Origin: Tricharina praecox | Taxonomy: Eukaryota | Reading direction: 5' to 3' | Assembly: GCF_024521635.1 (NCBI RefSeq) | Contig: NW_026250415.1 | Span: forward strand, 806,001 to 870,000 | DNA: 64,000 nt | Shown here: in pieces, positions 13,385 to 26,324 of the stretch | Layout: each line of letters opens with the position of its first letter | Numbering within the stretch: position 1 is the first letter of the stretch | The notes under the pieces: model-generated | Told to the model about the DNA's origin: nothing | Databases searched by the model: none | Seen by the model: the letters and a program-made list of their open reading frames with translations, nothing else | Made by a program: the position numbers and the translations under genes

Positions 13385-13975
13385 AGACAAGCGCGAAGAC
13401 CCGTATGGTTCTTGCGGTGGTGGTGCCACCAAAGACGCCGACGACGAAGCTGACAGAGGGGTCGACAAGCGCGAGGATCCATGGTTCTTGCGGTGGTAGT
13501 GCCATCAAAGACGCCCAAGCAGACAGAGAGGTCGAGAAGGCCCAGGAGGCCTAGGGCTCTTGTGGTGGTGGTGCCACCAAAGACGCCCAAGCAGACAGAG
13601 GGGTCGACAAGCGCGAGGATCCATCTGGTTCTCGCGGCGGTGATGCCACCAAAGACGCCCAAGCAGATCGAGGGGTCGAGACGGGCCAGGAAGTGTACGA
13701 TTTGCTGGGTTGTGTTGTTGATGCTGATTCTTCATTACTTTGTGCGGGGGGTTGAGCTCAATAGAGCCAGATGTTTGGGGGGTAGTCAGTTGGTTGGGTA
13801 TCACGCCACTTCTGTTGGTTGTGTATCACTGCAATTGTATGCATAATTCTCTTGTAGAATGGGTCATTACTTGGTGCGAGGGGTGGAGCTCAATAGGGAA
13901 TTCCGATGTTTTGGGGGGTAGTCAGTTGGTTGTGGTGTATCACTGCAATTGTATGCATAATTCTCTTGTAGAATG
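13385..13975. repeat. Tandem repeats: about four copies of ggtggtgccaccaaagacgccc..gcagacagaggggtcga and two copies of an about 115-bp unit
   Basis: ccaaagacgcc-like core at about 13429, 13505, 13577 and 13649; gagctcaatag...ggggggtagtcagttggttg...gtgtatcactgcaattgtatgcataattctcttgtagaatg at about 13755 and 13886. Confidence 0.8.
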
Positions 13976-14520
13976 AATCATTTGCTGAAGACTTTCCCGT
14001 TCATGATGTGAAGTGGTGTGGAGATTGAAGGTTCTCCATACGGTATGATACCGTATTCCGCAGCCAAGTCCGTCCCCTCGAGATGAACATCTACATAGTA
14101 AACCGAACATCCTATCCATCACCGTGGTGATCAGAAATTCGATGTATATAGTTTCAGGATCACCTACCCCTCCCCCCCTCTGTTCTTCCTTATAGGTATA
14201 CCGGCGGGAAGTGAAGCGGAATTCTCAGATTGTCCATAACATTGTACCTACCTAGTCTATAATTGCGCAACCCAGTCCTCGCAGGAAGGAAGAAAACAAC
14301 ACGATCTCTCCCTCTCCCTTCATACCTTTTACATCCCAGAACCCCTCGCGCCCGCGGCCCGCCAACAAAACTCCATATCACAGCGGGTATACGGTGGATG
14401 GCAACCACCATCATCATCGTCACAATAAGCAAAGTCGAATAGGATAGAATACCTCGAAGAAAAGAAAAGAAAAGATTATATTACATCCCACCCCATCCAA
14501 TCCCATCCCACCGCATCACA

Positions 14521-15747
14521 TCACTCCCCCTCCGCCTTAGCGCGTTTCTTCCCGCGGCCCCTAGCACCGCCCTTCCTTGAGCCACCGCCGCCGCCAGTGG
14601 AAGACGAGGACTTATCGGTTCTAGCACTATCGCTGCGGCGAGTCCTTTCCTGCGCCGAGGTGGTGGATGAGTCCGATATATCGCCGCCTGGCGTTCCGGC
14701 CCTAGCCGGCACGAGTGGCAAGCCCGTGATAGACCTACGCTTTAGAGAGGCTGTTGAGCCGCGGCGGGCGCGGGCTGTGGTGGTCGTGGCGGTGGTGGTA
14801 TGGATCTGGTCCGGATCAGGCGTGGGGGTTCTGCCGCGGAGGGAGGACATTGAGCCTGTGCGGGTGCGGCGTGAAGTGGCGGCGGCGGCAGGCGAGGGGG
14901 AGTCCTCGGGGTGCGGCTTGTATCGTCGCTGCTTCAACTCCACCCGCCGCTGCTGCCGCGTCTCGTTCTCTTTGCCCCAGTACTCGACCCGGTACAGCTC
15001 CCACCCTTCGCGGAAGTCCGGCGAGAAGCCTTTCGGCAGGATCACGAGCTTGAGGTGTAGTCCGCCTGGGAGAAAGTCTTCGACTTCGTCGTCTTCCTCG
15101 TCGTCTATGGTGGGGCGCTTGGATGTGATGGAGGTGAGCGCGGGAGGGGTCGGGCGCCGCGTGTTGGACGATGGCCGGCGCTTGACGGTGTGTGTGCGTG
15201 GAGGTGGCCGGGATGTGTACCAGCCCCACCACCAGATGAGCCAATCGCGGTAGGACAGCGGGACTTTGACGAGCTTCACGTTGAAGCCGCGGAGACCCCG
15301 ATTGGCCATGAAGACGAAGCGCCGGGGCTCGACGATGGTTTTCTCGTACAATCCTGTGGCATAGTAGAGGACGCCGGTGACGACGCCGCCGCCGAGCCCG
15401 AGCTTTTCGAGGTGGCTGATGTAGTAGTAGGGTGAGCCGCCGAAGACGAAGAAGCGGTAGCAGAAGAAGGCTGTCCAGATGGTGAGGATGAAGAGGAAGA
15501 AGGTGAATTTCCGTCGGCGGACGAGATGCGTCAGGTACTGGGAGCGCAGCGACGCTTCGAGGATCAGGAGGTTGAGGTAGATCTGCGACGGCGACGACGG
15601 GACCATTTCGAGGGGATTTGTGGGTTGCAACGGTGGGTGATGGTGCGTTGTAGAGCTTGTGCAGCCTGTGGAGACTCCGCCAGTAGGAAGCGACCCTTTC
15701 ACGCGGAGATCCAGCTCGGGCGGATCGACATTCAAGGTGTGGGACAT
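14521..15747 (-). CDS. SPO7: Nem1-Spo7 phosphatase regulatory subunit
   Basis: SSPSQIYLNLLILEASLRSQY, RRKFTFFL, two TM segments, RGLRGFNVKLV, FSPDFREGWELYRVEYW; first ATG at 15747 (the track uses an upstream GTG). Confidence 0.9.
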   Translation of the reverse strand: MSHTLNVDPPELDLRVKGSLPTGGVSTGCTSSTTHHHPPLQPTNPLEMVPSSPSQIYLNLLILEASLRSQYLTHLVRRRKFTFFLFILTIWTAFFCYRFFVFGGSPYYYISHLEKLGLGGGVVTGVLYYATGLYEKTIVEPRRFVFMANRGLRGFNVKLVKVPLSYRDWLIWWWGWYTSRPPPRTHTVKRRPSSNTRRPTPPALTSITSKRPTIDDEEDDEVEDFLPGGLHLKLVILPKGFSPDFREGWELYRVEYWGKENETRQQRRVELKQRRYKPHPEDSPSPAAAATSRRTRTGSMSSLRGRTPTPDPDQIHTTTATTTTARARRGSTASLKRRSITGLPLVPARAGTPGGDISDSSTTSAQERTRRSDSARTDKSSSSTGGGGGSRKGGARGRGKKRAKAEGE

Positions 15748-17329
15748 CGCGGCGGGCCGTGCTGGAGAACCTGGGGTGTCAGGACCCCTCCTGCTTCCTT
15801 CTCGGATCTTGTCTCGGGAATGGAGCTCACCCGCATTGCGCACTGGGGCTTGAGATTCAACTTGGTATTCGGGGCCGGATGTGGTGGTGGTGAGTGAAGT
15901 CGGATGGCTTTCGCGCTCTCAGCTCACGACGCACACATGTGTATAGCACCGGATAGATAGTACTTGGACGCGGTAGCTACTCTGCCTCTCTTCGTGTAGG
16001 GTAAACAGTCATTACGGCATGCTGGCGCCGGTAGGGGTTTAGCGCAGCTAAGCACTCATTCACACCATACCGTAGAGCTCGCTATCGGCGGCGCTGACGG
16101 GATATCGATCGATTCCCATGGGAAATCAGCATGTCACCGAAGGGCTTTTATCAATCGTGAATTCGATGTGGAATGACAGGTACTCCAGGTAGGTACTAGC
16201 ACCTCGGTTTCAGGCTGACTTGACGTGAATTGCGGACCCGCAGATAGTCTCCATAGCATAGAGCACAACACATCTCGGGGTGCAGTTGGTCAATACCTTG
16301 CATGTGATGCCACCCTGCTCCTGTGGAGGAGCCACAGTGGCGCTGCATGGTTTGGGCAGTGGCGGATAGCACGTGACCGAAACTGGTGCTCGGGTCAGGC
16401 GTTCAGGTACGGACCTGTATTCAGCTTTTGAAGTAGGTAACACACATCGCTGCGTGCAGCGTCACTCCGATCCTCGCAGCAACCGATGAGTAAACCTACA
16501 TGCAAGATATCTATCCAAGTAGGCAGCAGCGCACGATGCCAAACTGTGTCCACCCACGAGCACGTGATCCATGCTATTCCGACCTACTGTACCAGGACAA
16601 AGGTCTTCGTCCACCGGCAATTTCGCACCAAAAATCCAGACGTGCTTTGTTTGAAAGCTGAGTCCCAAAAGATGACGGCGTGGGCGGCGTGAGATCGTGT
16701 GAGCCTCTGTACCTACTCTACACAGCCCATCGCATAGTCCTCTAGACGCGCGCTGAGCCTGAGTTGCGCATTTAACTGACTGTCTTAACTCCGTCACCCA
16801 GCAACCGCCGGATATAACGCTTGTAACTACCACCCATGGCAACCTGCTTTAATTGCGTGGTAATGCCGATGGCCAGTGAAACGAGATCTAGATGCGGAGT
16901 AGAGTGCGTAATGGAAAGACTCCAGGCCGACGCCGTGTCCGAAGTGGCGGAGCAGCCTGCGGGAAGAGCTTCGGACATCCGGTTACACTGAGCTACCTGG
17001 CCCGCCCACTCGTCAACTCAATTCCTGCACTCGCAAGGCAAGTCGGCTACATACATGCTCCGATCATAAAACAATACCACTTTACATACAAAGCTTAAAC
17101 GCCTCCTCCTCCTCCTCTGCGCTGCCTAAGACTTCTTATATCATACAGCCCATCTGCTCCGTGCCCAAGCTTCCCCATCAAGGCCTTCACGCTGCGACTA
17201 CCGACCTCTCTCCCATCCACCACCGTTACCGCTCTCTTATCGCCACTCGTACCGTTGTTACCGATCATACCCATCTCAGTATCGTCGCCGTCGGAACTCT
17301 ACAGACAGAAGCGAAGATTCCTTGCGACG

Positions 17330-19021
17330 ATGACGTCGTCATCTCCTTCGGAATCGGCGCGCGAGAAGAACCCGCAGAGCCCGCTAGCTTCGCAGAGAGA
17401 AGCTCCAAGCCAGGAAAAGCGTGCAAGTGGCAGCCGCTTCGGCGGTGCGCTATTCCCGCTGAGCTACAAGGAGGGACTAAGCCAATGGGTATGAATCTCG
17501 ATGTTGAAGAGGAAAGGTGGAAGAATGCCAGTGCTGATATTGTGTAAAAATAGTGGGCAGCAATAACCCCCGCCACCGCAGAAGCCGCCGTGCTATCGTT
17601 CCTCCCGTTTCACCACCCCACTCCCGCCGTCTCCACGACAAATCCGCACTCAGAGTCTACGACGTCACCACCAGAGGCAGATCCATACGGCCCGCGCCAG
17701 TGCACCTCGACGCTGGTCCCGTTGTCGGGGAAGGACAGAGCCATCAATGAGTTCAGCATCACGCGGACGGGTGAGCCACCGGCAAAAAATCACTTGGTCC
17801 TTGTGCATGGATATGGCGCGGGTCTGGCCTTCTTCTATCGCAATTTCGATGCGTTAAGTCGAGTTCCGGGCTGGAAGCTGTGGGCTGTGGATCTGCTGGG
17901 CTATGGGCGGTCTTCGAGGCCGAACTTTACCATCCATGCGAAGGACCCAGAAGGGAAGATCAGCGAGGCTGAGGATTGGTTCATTGATGCCCTGGAGGAA
18001 TGGAGGAAGGAGAGGGGGATCGAGAGGTTCACATTGTTAGGTATGCATGTCACAGAAACCTTCCCTCGTAGCTGTTGATGTTAACCGCACGACAGGTCAT
18101 TCACTAGGTGGATATCTATCATTCCGGTACTCGGTCAAATACCCGGAGAGGGTCAACAAGCTCATCATGGCTTCTCCCGTTGGAGTTCCCGAAGACCCAT
18201 ATTCGGTCAAGCAACCCCTCCCGGATGGCGACCAACTATCCAACCTGGCCAACTCTCAAGACTCCATGGCCCGTAGCAATCCTAACCTTCCCGGCGGTCT
18301 CTCCGTTCCGGCCGAGGTCCAGCGCTCGACATCCGCGCCCGGCTCCCCAGGTGCATCCACCACCGCCCTTCCCGACGAGCGCGACGCTCTCGCCTCGCAA
18401 CCTGCCTCACCCGCGCCTCGCCGGCCGCTACCCAAATGGCTCGTGTACCTTTGGGACGCCAACGTCTCCCCCTTCTCTCTCATCCGGTGGGCGGGACCTC
18501 TCGGCCCACGCCTAGTCTCAGGTTGGACAACGCGGCGCTTCCAACAGCTGCCATCGGACCAACACCAAGCTTTGCACAACTACGCGTACTCTCTCTTCCG
18601 GCAGCGCGGCAGCGGCGAGTACGCACTCGCGTACATCCTTGCGCCCGGCGCGTTCGCGCGGCGCCCGCTGATCTGGCGCGTCCAAGACCTCGCGTCCAAA
18701 GTCGGTCCCGGCGGGATCCCGAGCGTGTGGATGTACGGCGACGGCGACTGGATGGACATCGCCGGCGGCTTCGCGGCCGAGGAGAAGATACGGAACACCC
18801 CCGTTGCTACGGGCGAGGATGGGAAGCCGGTCGCGAAGGGACACAAAGGCGGCCACGAGTGGAGGGGCGAGAAGAAGGGAACAGGTGGTGAGGCGAAGGT
18901 CCTCGTCGTCCAGAATGCAGGTCATCATCTATACCTTGATAATCATGAGCAGTTCAATCAGATGATTGTGGATGAGATGAAGGATGTTGAGGAGAGGGGG
19001 CGGGGTGGGGTGAGGACATAG
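17330..19021 (+). CDS. Alpha/beta hydrolase, Cld1/Ict1/ABHD4-5 family (cardiolipin deacylase / lysophospholipid acyltransferase-like)
   Basis: VLVHGYGAG, DLLGYGRSSRP, spliced GHSLGGY nucleophile elbow, MYGDGDWMD, AGHHLYLDN (HX4D); introns at about 17489-17553 and 18041-18095. Confidence 0.9.
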
Positions 19022-21369
19022 CTACAGAGGAGGATGAGGGCATGGGGGGATGGAAGGGGGAGGGGGCGCATTGGTAGACTTGGTTGAATGAGTTTGGCTT
19101 GATATGTCTTAGTAATTTCTTTTTAGTTTTGGTATCTACTTTGGTATCGGCTGGGTTAATTGATGATATTTCTACTCCATTTACGTACGATGCCATTCCG
19201 GACTTGTGGATCGTGATGGACTCGGCACAACTGTGTAGACATCTCGGACGAGGAGGAGGAGAGAACGAACGAGTGAGGAAGCCTGAGGAAGGGTATCGGC
19301 GCCGAGTGACTGGCCAGGTGATCGGTACCCTGTTTTTCCCGGTTCAATGCAATGTTTCGTCAACTTTCGCCACGAGTCTTTTTTTTCCTTGATAGATTTA
19401 GAGCTGTGTGCGATCCAGCTCAGAGTACCTGTATTTAGGTACAAATACTCGAATCCCGAAGTCTGAGACCCGGGAGGGAGAGTGGGCGAGAGCGTGGTGG
19501 TGGTGGTGGCAGGCAGGGACTGGAGTCTGGTAGTCGACTTCGGACTCACACGAGCAAGCCAAGATCTCTCCTACATAAGACCCGGATAATGCAACACTTC
19601 GATTGTCGATTGTCGATTGTCGGCTGCCGTCCGAGGAGATGTGCGGTACGGCATGTACCTGTGTATCTAATATCTATCGTGCATGCCTCCTAGGAGGTTG
19701 GCAGACGAGATAGAGTAATAGTTAGTGCGCTCTACTATAGTAGGAGGTATATATGTAGGCGAGCCTTATCTTTCTTTCTCTCGCTTGACGATTGGAGTGG
19801 ATTGGACTCGGGTTTGTCCGTTGGCTTGACAGGTAGGAATTTGTTGGCTGTAGACTTGTGGTTATAGTATGTAACCGTCGCGGGAGGCTGGTCAGTGGTG
19901 GTGGGATGGAGGCTGCGGGGACTAATTAAGCGAAGGTTTGAGATTCCGTATTCCAGAGAAGCTCGGGTGGATAGGGTGTTGACAGTAAGCAATCGGGATT
20001 CGAGACAGCCAGCCACGGGCTTCGGACGGTCACGCACGAGATGTCGTCGTCGTCGGAAGATAGTTACATAACCCGACCCACCTGATCTCGTGTGCATATC
20101 TACCGTACCCAATGACCAAGGTATGTACGCGATCACAGCCAACGAGGCGTCCTCGTCGACAGAGAGCGAGAAAGGGTTGTCAATGCCATTCCATTCGAGT
20201 AACCAAAGATATGAGCAGGCTCCTTATCACGATTCCCCATACCTATCAAGCACCTCCATCCCACCCACGCAGTGCACCCACCCGACTACCTGCCTACCAA
20301 ATTCCTCCCGTATCCCGTATCGGCAAATGCCATTGCTTTGCTTTGTGCACCCTCGCTACCTTCTTCTCTACTCGCGAAAGGCTGAAGCGGGCACCTCTCT
20401 CTCTCTTGATCGTGCATATTCATACATGAAAAGGCAAAGCGATCATCGGCGACCAGATTTCGCCCTCGCCCGCGCCAGCGCCAACGTCACGTCACCCCCA
20501 CTCTTTTTCCCCCGCAGATCGTGGGGTACCCATCCCGATAGTTGGGTGGCAACTAAAACTAAGGGTTCGCTTTGCGGTCGAGTAACGGCCTGAAACATCG
20601 CTGATATGGTATCGAAACCGCCAGATCCCGAGGGGAGGGGGAAAACAGAAGAAAGGAACAACAAAGAAAAAAGAAAGCGAGAAGGAAACATACGGTGCTT
20701 CCCCAGGCCTAGACCTGGACCTGGACCCCCAATCCCAATGGTCGGGTTGCCGAGACGTCTGCGCTGCGCTGTTCCGGACAAAACGAGACGAAAATGCTGC
20801 TGCCGAGTGCACATGCTCTACATACGACACACATGACGAGGCTTCTGGATTCTGGAGAGAGCTCGTTGTAAGTATCGTATTGATAAGGGCGCTTGTCATG
20901 TCAATCGCGTATGATGTACCTGCACAGAGTATCCCACGATGTTCTCCGAATCAGCGTGCACCCCGGCTCCGGCCCCGCTACTAAACGACGTCTCGTTTCC
21001 GAGGAGTTTGGGAGTTTGGGACACTACGGATTCACCCGTTCTGCTGGTATCTGGTATGTACCTACTGCACATCCCCTGGCCATGTAGCGTCGAAGCCGGA
21101 ATGACGGTCTCTGGGTATCATAGCTTGATACATACTACACATACGGTACGGCAATCAAGCACTTGTCGACGGATGGCCAAGGTATTCCGCTAACACCAAC
21201 CAACCAGACGGACGGTCCGACAGTTCTCGTCCCGCCGACGCCCGACGCCCGAGTTCCGTGGGACGTCGGCCCCTTCCTGCGGTCCCTTCCTGCGGTCCCT
21301 TCATGCAGTCCCCCCCTCCCTCCCCCTCCCACCCTGGATGGATGGGTGGTGGTGGTGGTGGGCTGGACC

Positions 21370-21820
21370 CTTATCGTATCGGACCTTCCCTGAGTTCGCC
21401 GAGAGCGCGAGGGCGCGAGTGAGCGATGGATTGTAGTTCCATGTGTGGGTGCGCGCGGAACCGCCAATCATTCAATTACACTCCCCCTTCTAAGTCGAGC
21501 CGTGGGCAGGAAAAAGGAAGAGGAGATGTGTGGGAGCGAGGCTTGGTGTGACCGGGGACGGAACTCGCTGCTGTGGGAAGGAGGGGGGGTGGGAATATGC
21601 TATGGGGGGAGGGCGTATACCATGGGGGGACGGGGGAATGATTGATATCCATGCTCCGTCGATACCGATACGCATGGAGAAGGATGGCGATAGCTGCTGC
21701 CAGACGAGCAGGTGAAGGTCAACCATCCCGGCCGGCCACTATCCGGGAATTACAGGGCGTGGGCGGGATTGTCGCTCTGCAGCAGCAGCGACCTGCTGTG
21801 ATAGCGATATATAAAACGGT
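21370..21820 (+). promoter_or_regulatory. Putative DUR3 promoter: TATA box and GATA (AreA/Nit2-type) sites
   Basis: gatatataaaa at about 21806-21817; HGATAR-like sites at about 21370 (cttatc), 21688 and 21799; consistent with known nitrogen regulation of urea transporters, but short motifs also occur by chance. Confidence 0.4.
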
Positions 21821-21994
21821 TTTGAACCCCGTCCCTCTGGAAGGAGTATCATACGTACAACAGACAAAAGTTTTTTGAACACTCCTGACCCAGACTCGAC
21901 TCGACGAACGGATCCCAACGGGCCCTTTGTCTGTGCTCACCGAGATATCTCGAACTCTCGATCCGACCGATTGCCACTACAATAACCACGCACG

Positions 21995-24472
21995 ATGGAT
22001 AATGTCGTGGAAGGATACAAGCCGCCGCTGTCCCAAGCCTTTGGGTATGGCATCGTCATTGGGCTCGGGGCGCTCTTCGCCCTGGGCATGATTGCGACCA
22101 CATGGGCTCTGAAGAGGTATGTTTATAGAAGCTCCTGTCGTGGGTAGTATGGTGCGTGGTGGCCTGTTGCTGATGTGGAGGATCCCTCTGCAGATACCAG
22201 AATGAAGTCCAGACCTCGGAGATGTTCTCGACGGCCGGGCGTACGGTGAAGACGGGACTGGTAGCATCGGCGGTGGTTTCCTCGTGGACGTGGGCGGCAA
22301 CATTGCTTCAGTCATCCGGCATTGCATACAGATACGGTGTCTCGGGTCCCTTCTGGTACGCCTCTGGCGCAACAGTCCAGATCTTGCTCTTTGCTACACT
22401 CGCCATTGAACTCAAGCGCCGCGCTCCAAATGCTCACACCTTCCTTGAGGTGATCCGCGCGAGATATGGAACTGCTGCGCATTGCACGTTCATGGTCTTT
22501 GGGCTGATGACGAATATCCTGTATGTATCCTCCCCGGTGTAGCTACGGCTGGCGAATGTATGATACTGACGGGAGGAAAGTGTTACGGCGATGTTGTTGA
22601 CCGGAGGGTCCGCCGTTGTGACGTCTTTGACGGGAATGTCTACAGAGGCTGCATGTATGCTCCTGCCCCTCGGTGTCATTATCTACACCGTCTTCGGAGG
22701 TATCAAGTGAGTGACCACTAAGAAGATCTCCTTTCAGCCCATGAACGGGGATGCTGACCTCGGGCACAGGGCCACCTTCTTGACGGATTATGTACACACC
22801 GTTGTCATCCTGGTCATTATCTTCATCTTCGCTTTCACCACCTACGCTACCTCCGAAATCTTGGGATCTCCGGCTGCTGTCTATGATGCCCTGGTCGCGG
22901 CTTCGGCGAGGCATCCCGTGGACGGAAATTCCGGTGGTTCGTATCTTACCATGCAAAGTCGCGAGGGAGCCATCTTCTTCGTCATCAACATCGTTGGTAA
23001 CTTCGGTACTGTCTTCTGGTACGTATAACCTTTCAGTTACGAGCTCAGACACGATGGGGAACTGACGCGGGGAAACAGTGATAACGGCTACTACAACAAG
23101 GCCATCGCCGCATCTCCCGTATCTGCGCTTCCCGGATACGTCCTGGGCGGTCTCTCGTGGTTCGCGATCCCATGGCTCTGCGCCACCACCATGGGTCTTG
23201 CCTGCCTCGCGCTCGAAACCCACCCGTCTTTCCCTTCCTTCCCCCTCCGCATGTCCGATGCCGATGTCAGCGCTGGTTTGGTGCTGCCCAATGCCGCCGT
23301 TGCTCTGCTCGGAAAGGGAGGTGCCGTGTGCACGCTGCTTTTGATCTTCATGGCTGTTACATCTGCGAGCTCCGCCGAGCTCATCGCCGTGTCTAGCATC
23401 TGCACCTACGACATGTACCAGGTTTGCAACCCCACTGCATAGGCTTCACAACATGTGCTGACAGAGAACAAACAGACATACATCAACCCCCTCGCAACTG
23501 GACGAAGTCTCATCTGGATGTCCCACGCCTGTGTGGGCGCCTTCGGCTTCCTCATGGCAGCATTCAGTATTGGGTTGTTCAGGGCTGGTATATCCATGGG
23601 ATACCTGTACCTCCTCATGGGTGTCATCGTCAGTTCTGCGGTTCTGCCGGCATCCCTCACCTTGCTGTGGAAGAAGCAAAATAAGTGGGCAGCCACTCTG
23701 TCACCGATTCTTGGCCTGGCCTGCAGTTTGACTGCGTGGCTCGTCACCGCAAAGGTCATGGACGGACATCTCTCTGTCGAGACCACTGGAAAAAAGTACA
23801 CAGACCCCATTCCCGTGTGATGCGATTGCCATTTTCTAACAAACATTCTGCAGCTACCCCATGTTGGCTGGCAACGTGGTCGCTCTCCTTTCGCCCTTCA
23901 TCTTCATCCCCCTCCTGACTTTCGGCCTCGGAGCCGACAACTACGACTACGAGTCGATGAAGGCGATTCGCCGTGCCGACGACCACGACCTTGCCCAGGC
24001 TGCGCATGTGGACCTTGCCCTCGTCCCTGGCGAGAACCACGACGAAGCCGCTCAGGAGGCCGAGCAGAAGCAGCTCAGCCGTGCCGCCTTCATCTCCCGC
24101 TTGATCACCGTCATCATGACCGTTGCACTGCTCATTCTCTGGCCCATGCCCATGTACGGTTCCGGATACATCTTCAGCAAGAAGTTCTTTACCGGATGGG
24201 TTGCGGTCGGTATCATCTGGTTGTTCTTCTCCTCGTAAGTTTCCTGCCCACAGATGTTTTGCTGGTCTGTATAGTACCTATTCTAACACCGCTATAGCTT
24301 CTGCGTCGGATTGTACCCACTGTGGGAGGGGAGACATTCCATGTGGCACACCGTCAAGAGCATTGGTGCCGATATTGTCGGCTCAAGGAGGCCCCGCGTC
24401 ACTCGCGGCGAGACACCGAGTGACGAGCAAGGATCCTCGAAAGAGGCCATCCGTGAGAAATCGGAGGCATGA
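21995..24472 (+). CDS. DUR3: Urea active transporter, sodium:solute symporter family
   Basis: [93 protein letters not shown]; about 7 introns; TGA at 24470-24472. Confidence 0.95.
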
Positions 24473-24855
24473 GAGACGAGAGGAGTGGATATGTGTTTAC
24501 GAATTTGGGCGTTTGGCTGTGTTGTACTGTAGTTATCTTCATGTGTGATCCTTTGTTGAGTAAAATTTGAGAGAGAATTTAACTTATTGAATGAAATGGG
24601 ATTATGGTTATGACCGTGCACGGTGCTTTGAGGGGATGGTGTTGGTTCCGTGGGCCTTAGTTAGCCCCGGGATCTTCCGTCTCCCCCTTCACAACTCTCC
24701 CTTGCATGACCCTCTACGCATAGCTTCATTCTCACCACCTCCTCCCTTGACCACCCCACTCCTACCCCTCAACCAACAACCAATAATATTCACAGCAAAC
24801 CACCACCACCACCACCACCACTTCTACTCCCTACCACAATATCGACATCTTCTGG

Positions 24856-25725
24856 ATGAGTGCCGTCAGCTTCACCGAAGACCCTGTGTCTGCGGCAGCA
24901 GCAGCAGCAGCTTCAAGCTCTCCTCGACCCGATGCTCCAGCTCCGAGCATAACGCCCACCTCACTCACGGTGTCCCCGCAACCGCAGCGGCCGACTTCGC
25001 AGCCCTCCGTGGCGCTGACCGGCTACCTCTCGTCGCGCCCCTCGTCCCCCTCCTCACCCTCCGGCTCCGTCGGGCGGCCCACGCACGCCGCGATCCGGCG
25101 CCCCTCATCCTCCATGTCGGCGTCCTCGCGGCGCGCGCTCCTCTCGCCGCCTGACACGACGCTGCCGCAGCGCCTTCCACGCCCGGTGCCAGCCGACGCC
25201 GCCGCCTTCGCCGAACTGCACCAGGAGCTCGAAGCCGAGCAGGAGGCGCAAGTCAACCGACTGCTGAACCTGATCCGGCAGCAGAGCCTAGCGGGCGGCG
25301 GGTCGATCGACGGGGACATGGTGTCGAACGCGGCAACGGTCGATTCCACGTCGACCCGCGCGGGCCGCATCAGTCGTCGCGGCTCAAATAGGCTCTCCCG
25401 TGAGGGCTCGTACTACCGGCCCAGCTCCGTGTCCAGGGCGTCGAGTCCTGCGCCCACGACAGGCGGCGGCGATAGTGCTAGTGAGGCCTCGGCGTGGGTC
25501 GGCGCCTCACAGGGCGGCGCGGAGTTTCATCTCGCGGAAAGCCAGATGCTCAAAAGGGAGAATGAAATGCTGAAGCGCCGCATCAGAGAGCTGGAGATGA
25601 TCGTTGCTGACCTGAAAACTACTACTACGGCAAACAACTCGTCGTCCACTATCGTGGACTCCTCTGCCGTTGCTGAATCGCCTCTCGTGCCCGTGCCAGC
25701 TGATTCGGATGTTTCGAGTCCCTAG
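24856..25725 (+). CDS. Hypothetical Ser/Pro-rich protein with two coiled-coil blocks
   Basis: Intronless 289-aa ORF with GC3-rich codons; ELHQELEAEQEAQVNRLL and ESQMLKRENEMLKRRIRELE helical blocks. Confidence 0.8.
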   Translation: MSAVSFTEDPVSAAAAAAASSSPRPDAPAPSITPTSLTVSPQPQRPTSQPSVALTGYLSSRPSSPSSPSGSVGRPTHAAIRRPSSSMSASSRRALLSPPDTTLPQRLPRPVPADAAAFAELHQELEAEQEAQVNRLLNLIRQQSLAGGGSIDGDMVSNAATVDSTSTRAGRISRRGSNRLSREGSYYRPSSVSRASSPAPTTGGGDSASEASAWVGASQGGAEFHLAESQMLKRENEMLKRRIRELEMIVADLKTTTTANNSSSTIVDSSAVAESPLVPVPADSDVSSP

Positions 25726-26324
25726 ATACATAGACTTGATTGTTATTTTTTTCTATGCGGGGTTGGGTTCGCGGAAGTTTAGAAGTGGAGCGGAGCGGAG
25801 GGGATTGGCTGAGCTACCTACCCACTGTATCGTGGTATTATGATTGGCGCGTGGTCGTGTGGACTGTGGACGGCAAGCAAGGAAGAAAGAGTGTTTGTAT
25901 TTCTACTCTGTGCTGCGGACCTGCGGTAGGGAACTGGTACTATTTTTTTGCTTGTTTCGGTCGGCGAGGAAGGGGGAGAAGATTCAGGAAGGGCTGCTTC
26001 TTTCTTTGTGTTTAGCAAAGCAACTCTTCAGATCAGATCACTTGGAGCTTCCTAAACAGCTTCTTGTGGGGTCTGGCGATCTTGCACTACCTACTAGATA
26101 CCGGTACATATCTTCCTCGTGTAGCGTAGCGTCATGAGCGGATAGGTTAACTATCGGATAAAACGGGATTCGGAGTTCTTCCCCCACTACCGTACCGTAC
26201 CAGTCCGCAGCCCGCCAGCCCCGCTCAGCTCAGTCATATCCACAAACCAAAACCAAAGTGTACCCATCTACAGAATGCCCTCCCGCCATCCTTACCGCAC
26301 CGCTGCCCACCCCACCCACTGTCA

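Noticed and set aside
19019..19087. TAG-CTA readthrough context after the Cld1-like gene producing a cryptic PTS1
   Set aside because: The extension ends in GRLG-stop, which is not a PTS1.
19150..20100. Structured ncRNA such as telomerase RNA in the Cld1-DUR3 intergenic region
   Set aside because: No TAACCCTAA-type template or other diagnostic motif seen.
21995..24472. TPP riboswitch in the SSS-family transporter gene, as known for the Neurospora NCU01977-type gene
   Set aside because: The introns are short, and no CTGAGA...CTGAT..GATAAT..AGCG aptamer core was found; the protein is a typical DUR3.
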